From NCBI RefSeq assembly GCF_004010195.1, contig NC_057751.1:19244300-19308299 (forward strand): a stretch of DNA of 64,000 nt. Direction: 5' to 3'. Shown here piece by piece: positions 10,501-64,000 of the stretch (position 1 is the stretch's first letter; every line of letters starts with the position of its first letter). The DNA comes from Chiloscyllium plagiosum. Lineage: Eukaryota. Under the pieces are notes generated by a model. That model was not told where the DNA came from and ran no database searches. It was given only the letters and a program-made list of their open reading frames with translations. Made by a program: the position numbers and the translations under genes.

Positions 10501-12719
10501 CAGGGAGTTCCAGAAGATTTACCTAGCAACAGTGAAGGAATGGTGATCGAGTCTCAATTTAGGGTAGTGTGTGGCTTTGAGGGGAACTTGTAGGTGTTGT
10601 TGTTTGTGTGTGTCTGTCACCCTTGCCCTTCTTAGTGAATGGAGATTGTTGGTTTGGTAGGTTCTGTTGGAGGAGCCTTGTTGAGTTATTATAGTGCATC
10701 TTGTAGATGGTACACACTGTTGTTATTGAGTATCAGTGGTGGGAATGAACGTTTATGTTGGTGATTGGAGTGATGATCAAGCAGTCCAGTCTTTGATTGG
10801 GTTAGTATAATCTATGAATTTAACCAATTTACATTCTGAATTCAGTTTGTGTAACTTGTTTCTGTCTTCTCTTCCACACCACCCTGCCCTTAGTTTATTA
10901 ATAAACAGCTCCGACAGGATTCCATTTATTCAAATGTTGCTTAACTGTATATTTAAGTCTTGATGTCAGATCTGTTTTGTAAAAGCAAATTGTCCTTTGG
11001 GTGTGAGTCACACTCGTGAATAAAGTTTCAACTTTGATCTCCAGCATCTGCAGACCTCACTTTCTCCTACTTATTAACTCTCACCATTATCCCAAAGGCA
11101 TTGAAAGTCAAGTGCATAGTGAGGAACTGGAGTCCTGGTACAGTCTGGACTGTAGCGGTGATGGATTTTCGTGCCCAAAAAATGCTAGAGAGCCAGCTTT
11201 TTTTTTTGATAGTTTGATATTTTTGTGGTCGTCATTTCTGGTGCTAAACTGGTAGAAAGAATGCAGAGAGGAAATATAAAATAAAGGGGACAATTCTTAA
11301 GAGGAGGAAGATCAGAGAAATCTGATTGCTTATGTACATCCTTGAAGGTGGCAAGATCCGTTCCGAGCATGGTTAACAAATTGTCAGCGATAAGGAACTT
11401 CAATTACGTAGACAGCTGGGAGAAGTTGGGATTGTTTTCCTTTTGAGAAGCAAAAGTTGAGACAAGATTTGTGTTGGAAATACTCAAGGCCAGAGAGGTT
11501 TGGACAGAAAGGGACACGTTTAAGCTATTTAGTAAAATAAAGAAAGGAGACGTAATGAAAAGCATTTTCACGCAGATAGTGCTTAAGATCTGGAATGCCC
11601 AAGACTCTGGTGGATCCAGGTTCAATCGGAGTATTCGTGAGAAAATTTTATTGTTATCTGAAAAAGAAAAATGTGCAGGGTTATGGGGACAGGGCAGTGG
11701 TATGCTCCTTCAGGAACCCACCAATGAGCTGAATAGCTGTAACTATTTTGTGTGTCTGTGAAATTCTGTGATCATTGAATTCAATTTTGCAATTTGCTGT
11801 AGTGCAATTTGAACTTGAATTGTGATTTTACACATTAAACCTTATACCCCTCTCAACTGTGACTCATTTCTTAAAGCTTCTAGTATCAAAAGCAAGTACA
11901 GTTTTCAGAAAGCAACATACAGCATCACAGCTTGATATTGTTGAGATTTAACATGCTATAGTGCTTAAAAACACTTCAAAAACATTATTTGTTGTTTTGA
12001 TGGGTATACTTCATATTCCGTGAGGTAGAAAGTCTTAGAAGCTCTTCCACTTTCTGTTGTTTCCTTCTGGCTTTCATTTGTCTGACAGTCCAAGACACAA
12101 TGGGAAGAGAGGAGGCGGTGGAAAAAGACAAAGTCAGGGGCTGGGGTCCAAGCTAACATTTCCAGTTCTGTAAAAGACTGCTTCCCTTCACTTTTTCCTC
12201 CCACTCTTCTTAAGGCCTCCTTGCTGGAATACAGTTAATCAGGCAGAAGTACAGATAGCAATAATCCTGTTGTCACTCATTTAAGTGACAATTCTTTATA
12301 TGTACTATCCAATAAAGTTAAAGATGGGGGACGCAAAAGTATCATAATTGGACATACAACTGGAATATCACTGGTATTCCATTATGGTTTCTCACCCGAA
12401 CCACCTTTGGATCTCTTCAGTAAAAATACTGAAATAGCAGCTCATGCCAATCAAAAAAAAACTCTCTGGGAAGTGTTAGTAGCTTGCAGTAGTCCACCTT
12501 TTGTAGCTTGGGACTAATACCTCTCTTCAGTTGTGGAGGGACAGAAAAACAGCCAGTTAGTCAGACAGAAGCTTGCATTTATTTATACAGTGCCTTTCAT
12601 GATATCAGGATGGCCTAATCATACAATAGTTTTAGAAGTGTTGGTTACTGTTGCAATGTAGGAAATGCAGCAGTCAATTTGCATGTAGCAAATAGCTCTC
12701 GCAAATAGCAATATGATAA

Positions 12720-12950
12720 TAGAGTCATGGAGATATACAGCACGGAAACAGACCCTTCGGTCCAACCCGTCCATGCCGACCAGATATCCCAACCCAATCT
12801 AGTCCCGCCTGCCAGCACCTGGCACATATCCCTCCAAACCCTTCCTATTCATATACCCATCCAGATGCCTTCCAAATGTTGAAATTTTACCAGACTCCAC
12901 CACTTCCTCTGGCAGCTCATTCCATACACGCACCACTCCCTGCGTGAAAT
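12720..12950 (-). mobile_element. CR1 3' end (5'-truncated)
   Basis: Near-identical to 15628-15855 and 20922-21128. Confidence 0.8.
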
Positions 12951-13102
12951 GTTTTAAGTAATGTTGTCCGAGAGGTAAGTGTTAGCCCCAGAACAATGGG
13001 GGTAAATTCCCACCTGTTAGGGTCTTAAGAGATTGTTTACAACTCTAACATGTTCTAACATCTCATCAATAGTACATCACTGGAATGACAACCTAGATTA
13101 TC

Positions 13103-13307
13103 GGATTTGGAGATGCCGGTGTTGGACTGGGGTGTACAAAGTTAAAAATCACACAACACCAGGTTATAGTCCAACAGGTTTAATTGGAAGTACACTAGCT
13201 TTCGGAGCGACGCTCCCTAACCCTAGCACCTGATGAAGGAGCGTCGCTCTGAAAGCTATTGCTTCCAATTAAACCTGTTGGACTATAACCTGGTGTTGTG
13301 TGATTTT
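13103..13307. mobile_element. Short fold-back Penelope-type element with hammerhead core
   Basis: Inverted arms at 13143-13216 and 13238-13309; 9-bp TSD TAGATTATC (13094-13102, 13308-13316); CTGATGA..GAAAGCTA at 13230-13258. Related copies at ~48475-48600, ~54060-54225 and ~62530-62675. Confidence 0.75.
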
Positions 13308-13589
13308 TAGATTATCAGAGTGAGGGTTGAACCCAGAACCAGAACTGAGTCAGACATGTGAGTGCAGTCCTGGCAAAAGGCCAGTCTTGAACTGAAAAAT
13401 AAGTGGTTGGGACTTCCAATGGCAAATATGAGTCATTTTCAACTGTAACACACTCCCTCCTCCCATGAAGACTCTAAAATAGGACAAAGGGTCAAAGAAC
13501 TGAATTGTTGACTCACTCTGTTCTCCACTGCTCCTGCCTGACCAACTGAGTCTTTGCAGCATGTTTATAAAAAAAAATTCAGATTTGAA

Positions 13590-14135
13590 TGCAAGTGCAG
13601 GGGTGTAATGTTGGAACAATAGTAGACACTGGTTAGGCCACACCGAGAATTTTGTGGACAGTCCTGGTCATCACATTACAGGAAGGACATAATCATCCGA
13701 GAGAGTACAGAGGAGACTAACGAGAATGTTGATGGGCTTGAAAATTGTAGCGATGAGGAAAGATTAGATTGGCTAAGGTTGGTCTCTTGGAGAGGGAGCT
13801 GAGGTGATTTCACAGAGGTGTACAAAATAACGAGGGGCTTGGATAAGGTGGACGAGGAAAACCCAATTCCCATAGTGGAGACGTCAGTTAGCAGGGAGCA
13901 CAGATTTAGTGATTGGGAGAAGTATTAGAACGGACATGAGGAAAACACTTTTTTTACTCAGAGGGTGTCTGTAATTTGCTGCCCTGTCTGGTGGAGACAG
14001 AAATCCTCAACTCATTTAGAAGGTACTGACTTGCACCTGCAAGATTACAGACCAGGCGCTGGATTAGAATGAACATTTAGCTGGTACAGACACAATGGAC
14101 TGAATGGCCTCCTTTCTGTGCTGTAACTTTTCTAT
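13590..14135 (+). mobile_element. Decayed CR1 ORF2 C-terminus and 3' tail
   Basis: ACTGGTTAGGCCACA..GGACAGTCCTGGTCATCACATTACAGGAAGGA..TTTACTCAGAGGGTG..GAATGGCCTCCTTTCTGTGCTGTAA. Confidence 0.7.
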
Positions 14136-14881
14136 TATATTTGTTGCACTTTCAGTGTTTTACCATTGGTTCCCTGAAGAACTGATCTGTCTTGTTCACT
14201 TCTCGACCTGAAATTTGTCTGTTGGCTCTTTGTTCATCTAGAGCATTTAACTGGACTTGAAAAACATTGTTTGGTCCCACCTTATGAGTTTTTATTAATA
14301 ATTGTGCACAACTATCTGGTTTTGGCTCAAGGAAGTTATGAGAAAAACCGATTAGTACAGCAAGTCCTCATTTAAAGTTTACCTATTTAATGTTGTTTTG
14401 CTTAAACATTAGCAAATTAATTGGGCTTGTAATCTCATTTAGTGTTGAGATTTGTTTTAATAATGTTTCCTGCATAAGCTCGTCATCGTCTTTCCCTGCT
14501 TCCTGACCTCCGGGTTGTCGTCTTTCCCTACTCCTCAACTCGTCCGTATGCCATTTCCCTTTTGTGGACTTGCGTTTCTGTCAAGAGATTCAGTCTGAAG
14601 TTGGAGCTTACAGATGTGGAAGAGCTGGTGGTTCACATGTGCTGGAACATTTGCAGGTTTTTTTAAAAAAAAATTACTTTCAAAGCTGCTCCTGTCTTGT
14701 TGCCCTTCTCCCAAACTTTATCTCACAGCGAGGGTTCAGGATTGGGAAGTAAGCAACAGCTATTCAGAAATAAGGTTCAAAAGATTGAGTCTATTGCAGG
14801 AGGATAAAGTTCAAGTGTTTATGCAGAACGATCCTGTAGCTGATGTTAAGACACTGAGACAGACAGCAGAATCTAATCAGC

Positions 14882-15044
14882 AGGTCAGGCAGCATCCGAG
14901 GAGCAGGAAAATCGATGTTTTGGGCAAAAGCCCTTCATCAGGGCTTCCTGCTCCTCGGATGCTGCCTGACCTGCTGTGATTTTTCCAGCACCACTCTAAT
15001 GTCGACTCTGATCTCCAGCATCTGCAGTCCTCACTTTTTTGCCT
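14882..15044. mobile_element. Short fold-back Penelope-like insertion with 17-bp TSD
   Basis: AGCAGAATCTAATCAGC occurs at 14865-14881 and 15045-15061. Internal inverted arms are CAGGTCAGGCAGCATCCGAGGAGCAGGAA and TTCCTGCTCCTCGGATGCTGCCTGACCTG. Confidence 0.8.
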
Positions 15045-15627
15045 AGCAGAATCTAATCAGCCTCCCTACCTCTGTATTTGCAAAACAGTAGAATTAAAAC
15101 ATACAAAGACTCTCAAAACTGATCCCGATGGTTCCTAACCAGACCTTTTGAGTAACCAATCCTGGATTTTATGAATAATTGATTCCAGACACTGGATTTG
15201 TAGCTTAAACAAAAGACTTAGCAATATATTAATAACATAGTAACTTTAGCAAAGCAAAATTAAGCAATAATCTAATGTATATGATTTAAAATCCAATAAC
15301 CTTTTGTTTTCAACCCTATTCATTCAAAAGATGGGCAAATAAACACAAATTAAAGGATAGATTTTAAACAAAATAACAAAACCATCCAGATGACTGAAGT
15401 GATTTTCCCAAAGATATATTTGTTTCTTGGTTGGTTTTCTGAAGGTGTTAATCAAGGCTACCTTTTCAGTTCACTGAGGACAATTCGATAATGCTTATAA
15501 CTTAGCTGTGGGAAGTTCAGATACTAGAAGCTGATAATGGCAGGGAATTTCCAAATCTTCATGCTGTAGATCAACAGCCAGACTCCTCCTCTTCCTCCTC
15601 AGAAATCCCCAGTTCAAAACAGTTATT

Positions 15628-16833
15628 GAGTCACAGAGATGTATAGCACAGAAACAGACCCTTCAGTCCAACTTGTCTATGCCAACCAGATATCCTAACC
15701 TAATCTAGTCCCATTTGCCAGCATTTGGCCCATTATCCCTCTAAACCCTTTCTATTCTTATACCCATCCAGATGCCTTTTTAAAATATTATAATTGTACC
15801 AACCTCCACCGCTTCCTCTGGCAGCTCATTCCATACACGCACCACCCTCTGTGTGAAAAGGTTGCCCCTTTGGTCCTTTTAAAATCTTTTCCCTCTCACC
15901 TTAAACCTATGCCCTCTAGTTCTGGACTCGCCCATCCCAGGGAAAAGACCATGTTTATTTACCCTATCTATGCCCCTCATGATTTTAAACCTCTATAAGG
16001 TCACTCCTCAGTCTCTGAAGCTCCAGGGAAAACAGCCCCAGCCTATTCAGCCTCTCTCTTTAGCTGAAACCCTCCAACCCTGGCAACATCCTTATAAATC
16101 TTTTCTGAACCCTTTCACGTTTCACAACACCATTCCGATAGAAAGGAGACCAGAATTGCGCACAATATTCCAAAAGTGGCCCAACCAATGTCCTGTACAG
16201 CCGCGACATGACTTTCCAACTCCTGTACTCAATACTCTTGACCAATAAAGGAAAGCATACCAAACGCCTTCTTCACTATCCTATCTACCTGTGACTCCAC
16301 TTTCAAGGAGCTATGAACCTGCACTCCAAGGTCTCTTTGTTCAGCAACACTCCCCAGGACCTTACCATTAAATGTATAAGTCCTGCCCTCATTTGCCTTT
16401 CCATAATGCAGCACCTCACATTTATCTAAATTAAACACCCATATGCCAAGATCCTGTTGTACTCTCAGGTAACCTTCTTTGCTGTCCACTGCAAATTTTG
16501 ATGGTATCTGCAAACTTACTAATTATGCCTCCTATGTTCACTTCCAAACCATTATATAAATAACAAAAAAACAGTGGACCCAGCACCAATCCTTGTGGCA
16601 CACCATTGGTCACAGGCCTCCAATATGAAAGGCAACCCTCCACCACCACCACCCTCTGTCTTCTACCTTTGTGCTAATTCTGAATCCAAATGGCTAGTTG
16701 TCCCGTTATTCCATGTGATCTAACCTTGCTAATCAGTCTACCATGAGGAACCTTGTCAAACGCCTTAATGAAGTCCATATAGATCACATCCACTGCTCTG
16801 TCCTCATCAATCCTCTTTGTTAATTCTTCAAAA
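15628..16833 (-). mobile_element. CR1 LINE, 3' ~1.2 kb (RT C-terminal half)
   Basis: AVDVIYMDFIKAFDKVPHGRL, VTNGVPQGLVLGPLFF, SKFAD, QRDLGVQVHSSLKV, LEYCAQFWSP; frameshifted. Confidence 0.93.
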
Positions 16834-18307
16834 GGTAACTCTGGCCCCTCCCTCTGTTTGACCATCATGTTCCCTTTCAAACTTGCTGGTACAATTTTCA
16901 GGTACTGACCTTGTAATGGCTAAACATCTGTTATCTGGTTGAATCTATTGCTTCCCCTTGAGGTGAAGAGTCTGTAGAATCCTTTGATGGTTTGAGAGGC
17001 CAGGCCTGGAAGGTAATTTCAGGTTGGTTCATGATCAAATTGGGGGGTTTCTCAGAAGAAGAGTTTTGGCTGTTGATGCTGCAACATGAAGATTTGAAAG
17101 CTTTCTTTAAAAAAAAAGACCAAGCAAACAAATCATCTTTCAGCTCTCAACTCCAAACTAAAATATATCTTAAAGAAATCAATGAGGGTTCTAACGCTTA
17201 AATATGTGGGAGTGACCCGCTGAACCAGTGCATTCCTCTAGAATATGATCCTAAAGGGTTGGCATCTGTTTAATGCCTAACATTTGCAATCTCTTTAATG
17301 TATTGATTTGTATTGAGATACAATTCTGTCGGTACTGGCAGCTTTCAGAATATTATTTAAGTAGCTATGCAATGCTATGATGCCTGATGCCATGTATCCA
17401 TTTACCTATAAGTGTCACTGACGAACTTAGCCAAAGTCAGCCAGGGCTCTGAGTCGCTAACCATTAAAGATCATGGTGTGAATATAGGCAGAAAAGTGTA
17501 TTTGATTTTTTTTTTTCACCAAAAGATTGAGACTACCATAATGGCTGAGATTGTAGTTTTCAAGTGGGTGGTACCAGTTTGCTCAAAATCCTTCCTTCGT
17601 GCAGCAAAAACAAGAAACATTCTATATCCAGAAGATCAGACAGCATCTAGCTAGGAAGCATAAGAGATGTAATTGGTTGTAAATGTGTGAAAATGGGAGG
17701 GAAGGGTTACAGTTTTTTTTTGAAGGAAGTAGCTTGGTCATGTATAACGTTTGAAGACTGTGTGGGAAATGGGGAAACAGAAAGCTCAAGGAAAATCTTG
17801 AATCCTGGTGGCTTGTTGAGTTACATACAAATTATTATTTACTTCTGAGATTTGGCTATGAATCCACTCCGGACTAATAGATGGAATTATGAAAATATCC
17901 CATGTCAAATAGTGTTGGGGTAGCCCCAAACTGATTAATTATGGACTCTATTAGTTTGTGGGAGTCATATACATACACAGCCCACAGTGATGATTGGTGT
18001 GAGGAAATAAAGCTGTGATACAAATGCTACAGGAGAGTAATCTTGAGGTCAGAGTGAAGGCACATTGTAGCGGTGAAGAAGTAGCTCTGCTTGTATCAAA
18101 CATTTGCTGTACCTTTATCTGAGTGTGCTCATTGTTATTATTAGGTGTTATTGTTCCTCAGCACAAATGTCACTTGTCCTGATCAAGCCAAAGAAAAACT
18201 TTCTCAGCCAAAAGAAGGCTTTGGGATCATGCTGCCAAGTTCTCAGTGTATTTGATTCAGTAAAGTTGATCTTTTAGCTGATAGAGATTTTCTTTTTCTC
18301 TAACAGT

Positions 18308-62439
<44,132 letters not shown>

Positions 62440-63145
62440 GTGAGCAAACCATTGTGCCGATAACTCTGTGCATTTACGTCATGAGGTTTGTATTCATGAT
62501 CAGAAATCTTGGGAAGTTAATATTTATAAATGATGTGGACTGGGGTGGACAAGGTCAGAGGTCACATGACACCAGGTTATAGTCAAACAAGTGCCCTGAC
62601 AAAGGGGCAGCGCTCTGAAAGCTTGTGATTTTAAATAAACATGTTGGGCTATAACCTGGTGTTATGTCACTTCTGAGACTATTCCTAAAAGAACAGCATA
62701 ATAGGAGGGTGTTGAAGGGGCTTTGTCAGTGGCATTCGAACTCTGAAAATGGAGACTTTCGTTATGTGCAAATGCTGCAGTATTGTGCGCCTGTGCAGGT
62801 AGCATAGTTTCAAACTAAAAGTTCTGGTTTACTCATGCGTTTTGCAGTTCATGTCAAGCCCTTAATTCAACTCTGATACAAATGATGTACGTAAAATGTA
62901 AGCTGGAAGCCTGTAGAGCTTAATGCTATCTCACTTATCACTTCAATCACTGCCATGTCATTGAAGTCAGGAAGTTGCATATTTGCAGTCCCTGATTGTG
63001 TCTCAGAATTATCCCAAAACATTTTGCTTGCAATGAGTTTGTTCAAAAGGCAGTCACAGCAGTACCCATTTCACGTACAATGTTGTCCCAGAGCCAGCAA
63101 GGAGGTGGCTACGTAATCTCTCTTTTTAAATGCTGCGAGTTGAGG

Positions 63146-63645
63146 AATTGAATTGAATTGACTCGAATTTGTTGTCATGTGTACCAAGGCACAGTGGAAA
63201 GCTTTGTCTTGCGAGCAGTACAGGCAGATCACAGAGTTAAGTAGCATAGGTAAACAGCAAAACAAAAACACAGGTACAGGTGAATGTTTGAGTCCATTCA
63301 GTATTCTAACAACAGTAAGGTAGAAGTTGTTTTGAAACCGGCTGGTGCGTGTGTTCAGGCTTCTGTACCTTCTCCCCGGTGGTAGAGATTGTAGAAAAAC
63401 GTTGCCAGGGTGGGATGGATCTTTGAGAATGCTGGCGGCCTTTCATTGACAGAGGGCCTGGTAGATGGATTCTATAGATGAGAGGTTGGCCTTTGTGATT
63501 GTCCCGGCCGAGTTCACCACTCTCTGTAACCGTCTCTGATCTTGAATGGTACAGTTGCCATACCAGGTAGTGATACATCCAGACAGAATGCTCTCGATGG
63601 CACATCTATAAAAGTTGGCAAGAGTATTCACCGTCATGCCAAATT
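63146..63645 (-). mobile_element. Rex1/Babar-type LINE 3' end
   Basis: LANFYRCAIESILSGCITTWYGNCTIQDQRRLQRVVNSAGTIT; (AATTG)n tail at 63146-63160. Confidence 0.88.
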
Positions 63646-64000
63646 TTTGTGGTTCTGTTCGCTGAGCTGGGAATTTGTTACGGACGTTTCGTCCCCTGTC
63701 TAGGGGACATCCTCAGTGCTTGGGAGCCTCCTGTGAAGCGCTTCTGTGGTGTTTCTGTGTGTTTTTGCATGAGCAAAACCAATGTAATGTACAAAATCCC
63801 ATGCAAGGACTGCACAAAACACTACATAGGACAAACAGGAAGACAGCTAACGATCCGTATCCATGAACACCAACTAGCCACGAAACGACATGNNNNNNNN
63901 NNNNNNNNNNNNNNNNNNNNNNNNNNNNNNNNNNNNCGGACAGCTGGAACTGACAACCGGAAGCAGCAGAGACAAACCACTATAAATGCCAAAGGAAACA
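63646..64000 (+). mobile_element. Penelope element: inverted terminal piece plus GIY-YIG endonuclease fragment, truncated by gap and window end
   Basis: MSKTNVMYKIPCKDCTKHYIGQTGRQLTIRIHEHQLATKRH (63769-63891). Minus-strand hammerhead CTGAGGA-TGTCCCCTAGACAGGGGAC-GAAACGTC at ~63683-63716. Confidence 0.9.

Overview
Vertebrate genomic DNA, most likely a shark. This is inferred from the repeat content (HE1/V-type and Deu-type tRNA SINEs, abundant CR1, Rex1/Babar, Penelope). The window contains 20 consecutive coding exons of a + strand STAT gene (18308-62439), reconstructed by hand. All junctions are GT-AG with matching phases, giving 2102 nt (~700 codons) from the ATG through the SH2 domain to the phosphotyrosine segment KYLKTRLIVVS. 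The C-terminal exons lie beyond the window. Exon sizes and the pTyr motif identify it as STAT2. Upstream (3123-10322, minus strand) is a young, internally deleted endogenous retrovirus: two ~98-99% identical LTRs, a partial integrase, and an env with a long snakehead-retrovirus/spuma-type TM. A ~1.5 kb solo LTR sits at 720-2239. The introns are filled with CR1, Rex1, Gypsy, SINE and Penelope copies. Several Penelope copies are fold-back palindromes carrying minimal hammerhead ribozyme cores. There are four assembly gaps (N runs). Family assignments come from recalled motifs, not from database searches.
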